A DNA stretch of 64,000 nt from Gemmatimonadota bacterium. GTDB lineage: Bacteria; Gemmatimonadota; Gemmatimonadetes; Gemmatimonadales; GWC2-71-9. Shown one piece after another: positions 1 through 9,831 of this stretch. The stretch's first letter is position 1; every line of letters starts with the position of its first letter. The stretch is from assembly GCA_039588295.1 (NCBI GenBank), contig JBDHAB010000015.1, positions 31,316-95,315 of the forward strand, written 5' to 3'. Made by a program: the position numbers and the translations under genes. Below the pieces are notes generated by a model that saw nothing but the letters and a program-made list of their open reading frames with translations, was not told the origin of the DNA and ran no database searches.

Positions 1-162
1 AACAACGCCACGCTCACCGCGATGCTTGTTTACCTGGCATCCGAAGATCCGGAACGCATTCCTAGAGATCACATTGTGCTGCCGGTGAGCCAGCGCACAG
101 GCGAACAGATGACGTGGCCGGAATGCCGGCCGGCGCGGAGAAGTTCGGAAGCAGGCCAGTAA
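1..162 (+). CDS. C-terminal fragment of a gene running in from the left edge, probably an M28/M20-type peptidase
   Basis: Frame 1 is open from base 1: NNATLTAMLVYLASEDPERIPRDHIVLPVSQRTGEQMTWPECRPARRSSEAGQ*, stop TAA at 160-162. Resembles the C-terminus of carboxypeptidase Q-like peptidases (from memory). Confidence 0.55.
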   Translation, partial: NNATLTAMLVYLASEDPERIPRDHIVLPVSQRTGEQMTWPECRPARRSSEAGQ

Positions 163-170
163 TAGGAAGG

Positions 171-234
171 GGGAAGGGAGAAACGAGAGGGAGCAGGGGG
201 AGTAACCCCTTCTCCCTCTCGCTCTTCCCTTCCC
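171..234. repeat. Imperfect ~29-bp purine/pyrimidine inverted repeat between convergent genes; probable bidirectional terminator
   Basis: Left arm gggaagggagaaacgagagggagcagggg matches the reverse complement of the right arm, gggaagggaagagcgagagggagaagggg. Confidence 0.7.
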
Positions 235-235
235 A

Positions 236-970
236 TCAGTCGACTCTGCCCAGCAGCGTGTCGTGATGCAGCAGGATCAACGTCCGGAGGTAGGTCCCGA
301 TGCGGTCCCTGCCTTCGAATCCCGCTGCTAGAGCGGCCGCCTGCCTGCGATCGGCCGGTATTTCCTCACTCTCGGCGTAGTGACTGAGCCCGCGATACAC
401 GCCAAGCGTGAACTGATCCCACGCAGCGCCAACCACTTTTGTGAATATCAGGTTCTCGGGACGATCCAGAGCCGCAGCGTAGGCGTTTTCCATCTCACGC
501 TCGCGATACAGCGCGTCGCGCTTACCCGGCAAGGCGATGAACATCTCGACGTGAAAGAATGCGCCCGCTTCGATTGCCGGGCGTACGGCGTCGAGCCGAG
601 GGCCTTTGACAAAGAGCTCCTCGCGCCACGCCACGTGTTCCGCGACTCGGCGCTCGAACTCGTGCTCCGGAACGCCCGAGCGTTCCGCGGCGCGCCGCCG
701 CGCCACCAGACGTTCGGGCGAATAGTGCGTCGCAAAGCTCTCGATCGGGTAGAGGAGCATGAGGTCCCATTGATCGCCCTGTCGATGTCGCATGATGAAC
801 GGCCGTTCCTCAACCGCGGCGTCCAGTACATCCATGCGACCCTGATATAGCGCGATCACCTGGAGCAACGCGCCTGGCGCGGCGCGGATGAACACGGCCT
901 TGTACACGTAGGAGGAATCGGCTTGCGGGGGCACGGAGACGAGGGCCAGCGCCAAAAGCAAGAGCGGCAT
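236..970 (-). CDS. Exported hypothetical protein, 244 aa, possibly two NIPSNAP-like (dimeric alpha+beta barrel) repeats
   Basis: ATG at 970 gives a signal peptide MPLLLLALALVSVPPQA. The two halves begin YVYKAVFIRAAPG and FFHVEMFIALPG. The longer ORF-track N-terminus overlaps the divergent ATP-grasp gene. Confidence 0.7.
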   Translation of the reverse strand: MPLLLLALALVSVPPQADSSYVYKAVFIRAAPGALLQVIALYQGRMDVLDAAVEERPFIMRHRQGDQWDLMLLYPIESFATHYSPERLVARRRAAERSGVPEHEFERRVAEHVAWREELFVKGPRLDAVRPAIEAGAFFHVEMFIALPGKRDALYREREMENAYAAALDRPENLIFTKVVGAAWDQFTLGVYRGLSHYAESEEIPADRRQAAALAAGFEGRDRIGTYLRTLILLHHDTLLGRVD

Positions 971-1063
971 CGCAGTTCTCCCCGAGATAAGAGTCCGGAG
1001 ACAAGGTCGTGCGGCGCCGGGTACGCCGCAACTTCCGAAAGTCGGCGGTATCTTTGACCTGCC

Positions 1064-1927
1064 ATGGACGTGCTGCTCGTTACCTGTGCCGCCATGCCGG
1101 GGCTTCACGACGACGACCGCTACCTGCTGAACGCGTTGCGCGAGCGGGGGGTTCGGGCAGAACCCGCTGTGTGGGAAGATCCCTACCGTGAATGGTCCAC
1201 CGCACGCATGTGCGTCGTTCGGTCGGCGTGGGACTACTCGTACCGTCGCGACCAGTTTGTGGCGTGGGCTGAGTCGGTCCAGCGTGTCACCCAGCTGTGG
1301 AACTCGGCCTCGGTCGTCCGGTGGAACACGCACAAGCACTACTTGTGCGATCTCGCGGATGCGGGTGTCCCGGTTGTTCCGACGGTGGTCTTGCGCGCGC
1401 GCTCCGAGGTGGTGCTCGAGACGGAGCTCTCGGAGCGGGGCTGGACCGACGCCGTGCTCAAAGCAGCCGTCGCGCAGACGGGACGCTATGCGATGCGCAT
1501 CTCGGCCGGTCATGTTGCGGCCGGACAGGAGCACCTCGATCGCATACTCCCTCACGAGGACATGCTGCTGCAACCGCTCCTACCGTCGGTTGGGAGGCGT
1601 GGTGAGATCTCGATCGTGTTCGTCGCTGGCGAGTTCACGCATGCCGTACGCAAGCTCGGCACGGCTGACCAATTCATGGTCCACCACGACTACGGTGGGA
1701 CCGTCACGCCGGGCCGTCCGTCCCGGACCGAGCTTGAGCTTGCCCACCGCGCGATCGAGCACGTGCGCGAGCCGCTGCTGTATGCCCGCGTCGACGTGGT
1801 CGCGGATGAGCGTGGACGTCCGGTCATCATGGAGTTCGAGCTGGTGGAGCCGGAGCTGTTCTTCCGCTATTCCGAGGCGGCAGTGACCCGTCTGGTAGCC
1901 GCGATCGAGCGCAAGCTGAAATCATAA
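1064..1927 (+). CDS. ATP-grasp ligase (RimK / glutathione synthetase / DcsG-like)
   Basis: Motifs VVRSAWDY, WNTHKHYL, GVPVVPT, LLYARVD, IMEFELVEPELF. Confidence 0.8.
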   Translation: MDVLLVTCAAMPGLHDDDRYLLNALRERGVRAEPAVWEDPYREWSTARMCVVRSAWDYSYRRDQFVAWAESVQRVTQLWNSASVVRWNTHKHYLCDLADAGVPVVPTVVLRARSEVVLETELSERGWTDAVLKAAVAQTGRYAMRISAGHVAAGQEHLDRILPHEDMLLQPLLPSVGRRGEISIVFVAGEFTHAVRKLGTADQFMVHHDYGGTVTPGRPSRTELELAHRAIEHVREPLLYARVDVVADERGRPVIMEFELVEPELFFRYSEAAVTRLVAAIERKLKS

Positions 1928-2009
1928 AGGCAGACTGCAGCCGCGCACCTGCTGGTCACCCCCTGCCGCATTCTCAACGCGGCGTTCACAATTACTTAAC
2001 CTGCGCAAC

Positions 2010-2039
2010 TTGTGCGCCCCGTGTCCGAGTGCGTATCAT
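2010..2039 (+). promoter_or_regulatory. Possible sigma70-type promoter for sdhCAB
   Basis: TTGTGC-N18-TATCAT upstream of sdhC. A similar TTGTGC-N17-TATCCT lies at 21474-21502 before the TPR gene. Confidence 0.3.
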
Positions 2040-2092
2040 CTATCGAGCTTCGGCCTCTTAGGCCCGCCACTTGGGATTGATGGGGAGTGACG

Positions 2093-2773
2093 ATGCGACG
2101 GGTACTGAGCCTCTACCGCTCGTCTGTTGGCAAGAAGATCCTCATGGCCGTCACGGGCGTCTTCTTCGTCTTCTTTGTCCTCGCGCACATGTACGGGAAC
2201 CTGCACGCGTTCCAGGGGCCCGAGAAGTTCAACCACTACGCTGAGTTTCTGCGGGAAGTCGGTGATCCCATCTTCGCGCACGGACAACTGCTCTGGATCT
2301 TCCGGATCCTGCTGTTGCTCGCGGTGGGCATCCATGTGCTGGCTGCGTTCCAGCTCTGGTGGATGAGCAACGACGCGCGGCCGGTGAAGTACGCGCGAGG
2401 CCTCACGCCCGAGGAGTCCACCTACGCATCGCGCACGATGCGTTGGGGTGGCGTGCTCATCTTTCTCTTCGTGGTCTATCACCTGCTCCATTTCACCATC
2501 GGCTCAGTGCACCCGAATTTCGTACCCGGTGCCGCGTACGAAAACCTGATCATTGGGTTCCAGTCGTGGGTGGTGGTCGCGTTTTACATCATCGTGATCG
2601 GCGCATTGTCCTTGCATCTGTATCATGGGGTCTGGAGCGGCCTCCAGACATTGGGTGTCAATCATCCGCGGTACAACAAGGTTCGACGCCCGATCGCACT
2701 ACTCGTGGCTGGTGGGATCTTTCTCGGATTCATTTCGGTCCCGGTTGCCGTCGTGACCGGGATCGTCTCATAG
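2093..2773 (+). CDS. sdhC: Succinate dehydrogenase / fumarate reductase cytochrome b subunit (b558 family)
   Basis: [51 protein letters not shown]; five TM helices with heme-ligating His. SD GGGAG precedes ATG 2093. Confidence 0.93.
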   Translation: MRRVLSLYRSSVGKKILMAVTGVFFVFFVLAHMYGNLHAFQGPEKFNHYAEFLREVGDPIFAHGQLLWIFRILLLLAVGIHVLAAFQLWWMSNDARPVKYARGLTPEESTYASRTMRWGGVLIFLFVVYHLLHFTIGSVHPNFVPGAAYENLIIGFQSWVVVAFYIIVIGALSLHLYHGVWSGLQTLGVNHPRYNKVRRPIALLVAGGIFLGFISVPVAVVTGIVS

Positions 2774-2790
2774 GTGTGGAGGGGCTGCCC

Positions 2791-4704
2791 ATGGAGCTCG
2801 ACTCGAAAGTTCCTTCCGGGCCGATCCAGGAGAAGTGGAGCAAACACAAGTTCGACTCGAAGCTGGTCAACCCGGCCAACAAGCGGAAATATGAGGTCAT
2901 CGTCGTCGGCTCGGGCTTGGCCGGCGCGTCCGCGGCTGCTTCGCTCGCCGAGTTGGGTTACAACGTCAAGTGCTTCTGCTATCAGGATAGCGCGCGCCGC
3001 GCCCACAGCATCGCCGCGCAGGGTGGCATCAACGCCGCGAAGAACTATCAGAACGACGGTGACTCGGTTTGGCGCCTGTTCTACGACACGGTGAAGGGCG
3101 GCGACTACCGTTCGCGCGAGGCCAACGTATATCGGCTCGCGGAGCTGTCCGGTAACATCATCGACCAGTGTGTAGCGCAGGGCGTGCCGTTTGCGCGTGA
3201 GTACGGCGGGTTGTTGGACAACCGCTCGTTCGGTGGTGCGCAGGTTTCGCGGACCTTCTATGCGCGAGGCCAGACCGGTCAGCAATTGCTCCTCGGCGCC
3301 TATCAAGTGCTCATCAAGCAGGTCGGCATCGGCACGGTCAAGATGTTCCCGCGCAGCGAGATGCTGGATGTAGTCCTCGTCGATGGGCAAGCACGTGGGA
3401 TCGTGGTCCGCGACATGGTCACGGGGAAGATCTCGTCGCACGCCGCACATGCGGTCGTGGTAGCGACCGGCGGTTACTCCAACGTGTATTTCTTCTCGAC
3501 GAACGCAAAGGGCTGCAACACCACCGCGATCTGGCGGGCACACCGGCGCGGCGCACTGTTTGCCAATCCGTGCTTTACGCAAATTCACCCCACGTGCATC
3601 CCGCGCGCGGGCGAGTTCCAATCGAAACTCACCCTGATGAGTGAGTCGCTCCGTAACGACGGGCGGATCTGGGTGCCGCAGAAGCAGGGTGAGACCCGTC
3701 GCGCCAAGGACATTCCCGAGACCGAGCGCGACTACTACCTCGAGCGGCTGTACCCCAGCTTCGGCAATCTCACCCCGCGCGACATCGCCTCGCGGCGGGC
3801 CAAGGAGGCGGTCGACGATGGCCGCGGGGTCGGCGAGCTGCGAAACGGGGTCTATTTGGACTTCCGGGACTCGATTCAGCGTGTGGGCCAGCCGGTCATC
3901 GAGGAGCGGTACGGCAACCTGTTCGAAATGTACGAGCGCATCACGGGTGAGAACCCGTATGAGGTCCCAATGCGAATCTACCCGGCACCGCACTACACGA
4001 TGGGCGGGCTATGGGTCGATTACAATCTCGAAAGCACGATCCCAGGACTGTTTGTCATCGGTGAGGCGAACTTCTCCGATCACGGTGCGAACCGCCTCGG
4101 AGCGAGCGCGCTGATGCAGGGGTTGGCGGACGGATACTTCGTGCTGCCATACACCCTCAGCGACTATCTGGCGCGGGTCGGGCCGGCAAAGACCGATCCC
4201 GGCCACGCGGCATTTGGTGAAGTCGAGCGTGAGGTCTCCCATCGCATGAGCAGGCTGATCGGGATCAACGGCAACCGCACAGTCGACAGCTTCCACCGCG
4301 AGCTCGGGCAGATCATGTGGGATCGCTGTGGGATGGCTCGCAATCGCGAGGGATTGCAGCAGGCGCTCACTCACATCCCCGAGCTGCGCGAGCAGTTCTG
4401 GAAGGACGTTCGGGTCACCGGACGTGGCGAGGACTTCAATCAGTCACTGGAGAAAGCGGGTCGCCTTGCGGACTTCCTGGAACTGGGTGAGCTGATGTGC
4501 CACGACGCGCTCCAGCGGGAGGAGTCGTGCGGTGGACATTTCCGCGAGGAGTCGCGGACCCCCGAAGGTGAGGCCAAGCGCAACGACGACGACTTCGCCT
4601 ACGTCTCCGCCTGGGAGTTCACCGGCGTGGGTTCGGCCCCGAGACTTCACAAGGAACCATTGGAATTCGAAAACGTCCCCTTGTCGCAGCGGAGTTACAA
4701 GTAA
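2791..4704 (+). CDS. sdhA: Succinate dehydrogenase / fumarate reductase flavoprotein subunit
   Basis: VVGSGLAG Rossmann motif, covalent-FAD motif [41 protein letters not shown]. Start set at MELDSK (2791) after SD GGAGG. Confidence 0.96.
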   Translation: MELDSKVPSGPIQEKWSKHKFDSKLVNPANKRKYEVIVVGSGLAGASAAASLAELGYNVKCFCYQDSARRAHSIAAQGGINAAKNYQNDGDSVWRLFYDTVKGGDYRSREANVYRLAELSGNIIDQCVAQGVPFAREYGGLLDNRSFGGAQVSRTFYARGQTGQQLLLGAYQVLIKQVGIGTVKMFPRSEMLDVVLVDGQARGIVVRDMVTGKISSHAAHAVVVATGGYSNVYFFSTNAKGCNTTAIWRAHRRGALFANPCFTQIHPTCIPRAGEFQSKLTLMSESLRNDGRIWVPQKQGETRRAKDIPETERDYYLERLYPSFGNLTPRDIASRRAKEAVDDGRGVGELRNGVYLDFRDSIQRVGQPVIEERYGNLFEMYERITGENPYEVPMRIYPAPHYTMGGLWVDYNLESTIPGLFVIGEANFSDHGANRLGASALMQGLADGYFVLPYTLSDYLARVGPAKTDPGHAAFGEVEREVSHRMSRLIGINGNRTVDSFHRELGQIMWDRCGMARNREGLQQALTHIPELREQFWKDVRVTGRGEDFNQSLEKAGRLADFLELGELMCHDALQREESCGGHFREESRTPEGEAKRNDDDFAYVSAWEFTGVGSAPRLHKEPLEFENVPLSQRSYK

Positions 4705-5450
4705 TGGATCTCGTTTTGCACATCTGGTGTCAGGCCAGTGCGACGGCAAAGGGCAGCTTCGTCCGCTATGAAGCAAAGGATATCAACGAGCACGCGTCGT
4801 TCCTCGAGATGCTCGACATCGTGAACGAGCGCCTGATGGAAGGTGGTGAGGAGCCGATTGCGTTCGAGCATGACTGCCGCGAAGGCATCTGTGGGAGCTG
4901 CGGTGTCGTGATCGGTGGCACTCCGCATGGGCCTCAGCACGGTGCGGCAACGTGTCAGCTGCACATGCGCCACTACAAACAGGGTGACGAGATCTGGATC
5001 GAGCCCTGGCGGGCCAAGGCCTTCCCCGTCATCAAGGATCTCGTGGTCGACCGTGGTGCGCTCGATCGTATCATGCAAGTCGGCGGTTACATCTCGGCCC
5101 GCACCGGGAGCCCGCCGGACGCCAACGCCATACCGATCAAGAAGGTTCACGCTGACCTCGCGATGGACGCAGCGGCCTGCATTGGATGTGGCGCGTGCGT
5201 CGCCGCCTGCCCCAACGCCTCGGCCATGCTGTTCGTGTCCGCCAAGGTCTCCCACCTCGGTCTGCTGCCGCAGGGCCAACCGGAGCGGCGCGAGCGGGTG
5301 CTCAACATGGTGGCCCAGATGGACGCTGAGGGGTTCGGCGGCTGTACCAACCACGCCGAATGCCAGGCCGCCTGCCCCAAAGAAATCAGCATCGACTTCA
5401 TTGCTCGGCTGAACCGGGACCTCTTCGGGGCAACGCTGGCAGCGGGATAG
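4704..5450 (+). CDS. sdhB: Succinate dehydrogenase / fumarate reductase iron-sulfur subunit
   Basis: CREGICGSC...[13 protein letters not shown] and [12 protein letters not shown] cluster motifs; TAATG overlap with sdhA. Confidence 0.96.
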   Translation: MDLVLHIWCQASATAKGSFVRYEAKDINEHASFLEMLDIVNERLMEGGEEPIAFEHDCREGICGSCGVVIGGTPHGPQHGAATCQLHMRHYKQGDEIWIEPWRAKAFPVIKDLVVDRGALDRIMQVGGYISARTGSPPDANAIPIKKVHADLAMDAAACIGCGACVAACPNASAMLFVSAKVSHLGLLPQGQPERRERVLNMVAQMDAEGFGGCTNHAECQAACPKEISIDFIARLNRDLFGATLAAG

Positions 5451-5513
5451 CGAGAAAGGACGAGGGAGAGGAGATAAGGCTGCGGCCGCTGTCCTCCCCC
5501 TTCCCCTTCCCCG

Positions 5514-5569
5514 TTATCCCTTATCCCTTGTCCCTTATCCCTTATCCCTTGTCCCTTGTCCCTTATCCC
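5514..5569 (+). repeat. Tandem heptamer repeat TT(A/G)TCCC x8
   Basis: ttatccc ttatccc ttgtccc ttatccc ttatccc ttgtccc ttgtccc ttatccc, preceded by a purine-rich tract at 5451-5479. Confidence 0.95.
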
Positions 5570-5688
5570 CAACTCCATTTGAACATTCTCCCCATTCCCC
5601 GTATCTAATTTTCCGAACCACTGATCGGCCTCGGAGTGGAGCGCGGGTTCTGCAGAACGACCTGGAGCTGACGACCGCAGAGCGGGAT

Positions 5689-6195
5689 GTGATCGACGTG
5701 GAGCTCGCTGTGAGCGGTGACTCCCAGGCCTTCGAGCGCCTGTACCGGCGCCACGTGGGACGGATGCTCAGCCTGTCGTGCTGGCTGATCGGCCACGACG
5801 ACGTGGATGACGTGCTTCAGGAGATCTTCATCCGCGTGTGGGAGAAGCTGCACACGTTTCGCGGGCAGTCGGCGTTCAAGACCTGGCTGCATCGGTTGGG
5901 GACCAACGTCATTCTGCGGCGCCGGCAGGAGCGGCGCACGCACGCGGAGCGGCACGTGGGGGGATCCGTCGAGACGACGGGCGTGAGGGCGGAGCGAATG
6001 ACGCCAGGACTCCGAGTCGATTTGGAAACGGCGGTTGACGGACTGCCAACGAAGGCGCGTGAGGTGTTCGTGCTGCACGACATGGCCGGGTATAAGCACG
6101 AAGAGATCGCGAAGATGCTCGAGATTTCTGCGGGTACCTCCAGGTCGCAGCTCCATCACGCGCGCATGGCCTTGCGGCGCTACTTCGAGGCCTGA
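5689..6195 (+). CDS. ECF RNA polymerase sigma factor
   Basis: Region 2 motifs GDSQAFERLY, DDVLQEIFIRVW, FKTWLHRL; region 4 LPTKAREVFVLHD...HEEIAKML.IS.GTSRSQLHHAR. Confidence 0.92.
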   Translation: MIDVELAVSGDSQAFERLYRRHVGRMLSLSCWLIGHDDVDDVLQEIFIRVWEKLHTFRGQSAFKTWLHRLGTNVILRRRQERRTHAERHVGGSVETTGVRAERMTPGLRVDLETAVDGLPTKAREVFVLHDMAGYKHEEIAKMLEISAGTSRSQLHHARMALRRYFEA

Positions 6196-6205
6196 GGAGC
6201 GAACG

Positions 6206-6898
6206 ATGCGGGACGTCTGGATGGGTCAATTGTCAGCGTATCTCGATGGCGAGCTGGGCGGCGCAGCACGGCGACAGCTTGAGGGTCATTTGGAGACCTG
6301 CCAGGACTGTCGGACCGCGTTGGCAGGGCTCGAGAAAGTGCGGGCATGGGCCGAAGACTACGAGGGGCGGCCGCCCGAACACGACGGCTGGCCACAGGTC
6401 GAGGCGGCGATCCGTGACCGGGCGCGTGGCAAGGTGCTGCAATTCGAGCGGCCCTCGTCACCAGGGCGGCGTGTGCGCTTCGGTGTGCCGCTTGCCATTG
6501 CCGCCTCCATCGCGCTACTCGCGGTGGCGGGGGGCAGTTGGTGGCTCGCTCGGGCCACCGCACCGACACGCAGCGTGACGATTCGACCCATGGTATCGGG
6601 CGTGGCGGTTGCGGCCGGCGCGACCTCGCAGACCGCACTGCTTGCCGCGGAGCGATATGGTGCGGCCATTGCGCAGCTCGAACACGCACTGCTCGAGGGC
6701 GAGGACCGTCTCGATGCGGAGACGGTGCGGATCGTGCGCGAGAAGATGGTGATTGTCGATCGCGCCATCGCCGATGCGCGGAACGCCCTCGTGAGAGATC
6801 CCGGTAGCAGCTATGTCGCCGAGCACTTCGCCGGGATGTTGCGCCGCAAACTCATGTTGTTGCGGAATGCCGCGACAGCGGCGCCTTTCAGAAGCTGA
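6206..6898 (+). CDS. Membrane anti-sigma factor with zf-HC2 domain
   Basis: LSAYLDGEL...HLETCQDC (HxxxCxxC), then a TM helix LAIAASIALLAVAGGSWW. ATG 6206 follows SD GAGGAG. Confidence 0.88.
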   Translation: MRDVWMGQLSAYLDGELGGAARRQLEGHLETCQDCRTALAGLEKVRAWAEDYEGRPPEHDGWPQVEAAIRDRARGKVLQFERPSSPGRRVRFGVPLAIAASIALLAVAGGSWWLARATAPTRSVTIRPMVSGVAVAAGATSQTALLAAERYGAAIAQLEHALLEGEDRLDAETVRIVREKMVIVDRAIADARNALVRDPGSSYVAEHFAGMLRRKLMLLRNAATAAPFRS

Positions 6899-6913
6899 GA
6901 AAGAGAGAGAACC

Positions 6914-7831
6914 ATGCTGTTGCATATTGCAGCCGGTGCGCTCGTAGCGCTCGCATCGTTTCAGGACACGGATACGACGTTCAGCGTGAATCCGAGGATG
7001 CGGCTTGACGTGAGCAACTACGCCGGCGAGATCGTGGTTCACACATGGGCGCGAAACGAGGTGCGGATTCAGGCGGACCATTCCAGCCGTGACGAGATCC
7101 GGATCGACCGGACCTCGTCTGAGATCCTCGTGCGTACGGCATCCTGGGCCCGTCTGGCCGAGGACTTCGAGATCGAGGTCGGCGAGGATCGGGTCGGGAT
7201 CTCGTTCGGTGGCCTGCGCTCTCCGTCGGTGGTCGATTACGAGATCACGGTGCCCGAGACGATGGCGCTGGAGCTTGGGGGACCGTATACCGACGTCATT
7301 GTGGACGGAGTCCGTGGGGAGGTCACGATCAAGGTGGCCGAGGGCGACGTTCAGTTGGTCGGCGGACGTGGCCGTGTTGCGGTGAGTGTGGTCGAGGGTG
7401 ACATCGTCGTGGAAGAAGCCCAGGGCGACCTCAAGCTGTTTGCGCTCGACGGCGAGATCACCGTGGATCGCGCGTCGGGGCGCATCGTGGCCGAAACGAC
7501 CGACGGGGAGATCCGGTTGGATGCAGTCGACGCCGAGAACGTCGAGGCGATTTCGGTAGAGGGCGACATCTGGTTCGCAGGGCCGGTGCGTTCCGGCGGC
7601 CTGTACACCCTCACCACCCATGACGGCGACGTCACAGTGCTGATCCCGCCGAGCGCGAGTGCACGTGTCACGGTGGCGACGTGGGATGGTGAGTTCTCGA
7701 CCGAGTTTCCGGCCACGATTCCCGATCGGATTTCCGGCCGTCGGATCACGTTCACGCTGGGTTCGGGGGATGCGCGGATCGAGATCGAGTCGTTTGACGG
7801 CGACATCGAGCTGGAGGTCTGGGAGCCGTAG
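6914..7831 (+). CDS. DUF4097 / putative adhesin beta-strand repeat exported protein
   Basis: Signal peptide followed by repeated EGDV/EGDI/DGEI/DGDV/DGDI beta-hairpin units; third gene of the ECF operon. Confidence 0.8.
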   Translation: MLLHIAAGALVALASFQDTDTTFSVNPRMRLDVSNYAGEIVVHTWARNEVRIQADHSSRDEIRIDRTSSEILVRTASWARLAEDFEIEVGEDRVGISFGGLRSPSVVDYEITVPETMALELGGPYTDVIVDGVRGEVTIKVAEGDVQLVGGRGRVAVSVVEGDIVVEEAQGDLKLFALDGEITVDRASGRIVAETTDGEIRLDAVDAENVEAISVEGDIWFAGPVRSGGLYTLTTHDGDVTVLIPPSASARVTVATWDGEFSTEFPATIPDRISGRRITFTLGSGDARIEIESFDGDIELEVWEP

Positions 7832-7870
7832 AGTTGCTCGCAGCCAACGGTATCTCGCGTTCGAATTGCA

Positions 7871-7902
7871 CGGGCCCCACCTTGGGTGGGGCCCGTTGCT
7901 TT
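7871..7902 (+). terminator. Probable intrinsic terminator after the ECF operon
   Basis: cgggccccacc-ttg-ggtggggcccg (11-bp perfect stem) followed by ttgcttt. Confidence 0.65.
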
Positions 7903-7932
7903 GCCAGAAAAAGATGAAACTTAAGCCTCGCC

Positions 7933-9213
7933 ATGGGTGAGGCATCCCACCACCGTGTTGTGAATTTCTGGTCCGCTTTCGGACCGGGACTGCTCTGGGC
8001 CGCCGCCGCGATCGGGGTGTCGCATCTCGTGCAGTCCACCCGGGCGGGAGCCGAAGCCGGTCTCGGCCTGGCTGGGGTGATCCTCCTAGCGCTGATCCTC
8101 AAATACCCCTTCTTCGAGTACGGACCGCGCTACGCCGCCGCCACCGGCATGAGCCTCGTGGAAGGCTATCGCCACATCGGCCGCTGGGCACTGTGGCTTT
8201 ACTTCTTTATCACGGTCACGACGTCGGTCGTGATTCAGTCCGCCATCATCCTGTTCACGAGTTTCCTGCTCAACTACGCCTTCGACCTCAACTGGCCGCT
8301 GCCGGTGATGGGAGGCGTGGTGCTCATGGGATGCGCGTTGGTTCTGTGGATCGGGCAGTTTCCCCTGCTGGACAGAACCGTCAAGGTGGTCATGGTGATT
8401 CTGGCGGTCTCGACGGTCGTGGCGGCGGTGGTGATCCTAGGACGGGTGGATGGATCGACGTTGGCGCTCGTGCCTGAGATCGGGCTGGGGGAAGGCGCGG
8501 TCTCGTTCGCCTTTCTTCTGGCACTGGTCGGCTGGATGCCGTCCGCGATCGACATCGCCGTGTGGAGCTCGCTGTGGACGCTGGCGAAGAACCGGGCGAT
8601 GGGGGATAGGGTGGACGTGGCCACAGCGCGGCTCGACTTCGGGATTGGCTACGCCGGCACGGGGTTTCTGGCATTCTGCTTCCTGATCCTTGGGGCGGGC
8701 GTGATGTTCGGGTCGGGGACGTCGTTCAGCGGGGCGGGCACGGTGTTCTCCACTCAGCTCGTGCACCTCTATAGTGCGGCGCTCGGGGCATGGGCGCGCC
8801 CCATCGTGCTGGTCGCCGTGCTCACGACGATGCTCTCGACGTCGATCACGGTGGTGGATGGTTTCCCCAGGGCCATCGAGCGCACGATCGTCAACCTCCG
8901 TCCCGGCCACACCGACGAGCGTGGCGTTCCAGCGGCCGGTACGATCTACTGGGTGGCGTTGCTCGCCCTGGGGTTCCTCACCGTCGCTGTCCTGCAGCTG
9001 TTTGTCGGCAACCTCACCACAATGGTCGACTTCGCGACCATCGTGTCGTTCCTTACGGCACCAGTGCTTGGGTACCTCAACCTTCGGGCGGTCACGTCAG
9101 AGGACGTGGCGCCGGCAGATCGGCCGAGCGCCCGGATGCTCGTGTTGTCCTGGATCGGGCTGGTGTTGTTGGGTGGCACCGCGATGGTCTATCTGGTATC
9201 CCGGGTGTGGTGA
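7933..9213 (+). CDS. Nramp-related (APC superfamily) divalent metal cation transporter
   Basis: GPGLLWAAAAIGVSHLVQSTRAGA, LKYPFFEYGPRYAAATG.SL.EGY, ALVGWMPSAID; about 11 TM helices. Lacks the canonical MntH DPGN motif, so the substrate is uncertain. Confidence 0.78.
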   Translation: MGEASHHRVVNFWSAFGPGLLWAAAAIGVSHLVQSTRAGAEAGLGLAGVILLALILKYPFFEYGPRYAAATGMSLVEGYRHIGRWALWLYFFITVTTSVVIQSAIILFTSFLLNYAFDLNWPLPVMGGVVLMGCALVLWIGQFPLLDRTVKVVMVILAVSTVVAAVVILGRVDGSTLALVPEIGLGEGAVSFAFLLALVGWMPSAIDIAVWSSLWTLAKNRAMGDRVDVATARLDFGIGYAGTGFLAFCFLILGAGVMFGSGTSFSGAGTVFSTQLVHLYSAALGAWARPIVLVAVLTTMLSTSITVVDGFPRAIERTIVNLRPGHTDERGVPAAGTIYWVALLALGFLTVAVLQLFVGNLTTMVDFATIVSFLTAPVLGYLNLRAVTSEDVAPADRPSARMLVLSWIGLVLLGGTAMVYLVSRVW

Positions 9214-9291
9214 TGGGGCGGCTGACCCGTTGAGTGATGCCTTCGGGTGTCTATTCTTACCGACCAAATCACCGGCCATAGGGAGTCTTCG

Positions 9292-9741
9292 ATGAAACTT
9301 GCACGCCCGTTTGCCGTGGCGGCCTTGGGAATGACGCTCGCCGTCGCGTGCGGTGACGATGGCCCAGGCGTGGTAACGCTCGACGATCTCGTCGGAACCT
9401 GGAACGCCACCCAGTTCGAGCTGACGAACCCTGCCGATCAGGCGCAGAGTTTCGACTTCATCCAGAACGGCGGGACTGTAACGCTCACGATCGCCGCGAA
9501 TGGGGCGTTCAACGGTGAGCAAACCCTGTTCGGGTTCACCGACACCTTTGGAGGGATGGTTGTTATCTCGGGTAACAGAATGACGGTCACCGATACGCAG
9601 GACCCGACGGAAGTCACGGTGTTCACGTTCTCGCTATCGGGCAACACGCTGTCGCTCACGTCCACTGATATCGAGTGGGACTGGGACAACGACGGTAACG
9701 ATGATTCGGCGACGTTGGACGGCACCATGGTGCGGCAGTAG
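9292..9741 (+). CDS. Lipocalin-like lipoprotein
   Basis: Lipobox LAVAC, then LVGTW (lipocalin-like GxW) and an all-beta pattern; acidic loop WDWDNDGNDD. Confidence 0.72.
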   Translation: MKLARPFAVAALGMTLAVACGDDGPGVVTLDDLVGTWNATQFELTNPADQAQSFDFIQNGGTVTLTIAANGAFNGEQTLFGFTDTFGGMVVISGNRMTVTDTQDPTEVTVFTFSLSGNTLSLTSTDIEWDWDNDGNDDSATLDGTMVRQ

Positions 9742-9831
9742 GGCTCCATTGAGAGGACGAACGTAGGACGAGCGCCTCATCCGGGTGTGCCGGGTGAGGC
9801 GCCGCTCTTTGCGGGTCCCAGGGGCTCGCGA

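Noticed and set aside
971..1573. Long N-terminal extensions in the ORF track (also 2359-2790, 18606-18947, 20712-21218, 25394-25888, 52778-53083, 60583-60879)
   Set aside because: They overlap neighbouring genes or intergenic DNA; internal starts give better SD sequences, signal peptides or family N-termini.
1985..2000. TTCACAA half-site upstream of sdhC as a Rex-type operator
   Set aside because: Only one half-site matches; no properly spaced TTGTGAA partner.
5514..5569. Heptamer array, or the 11467-11510 direct repeat, as a CRISPR array
   Set aside because: Units are 7 or 14 nt with no series of unique 25-45 nt spacers, and there are no cas genes.
5147..5608. Short ORFs with GIRDKGQ or IPYPLSL repeats
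   Set aside because: These are translations of the intergenic heptamer DNA repeat, not credible proteins.
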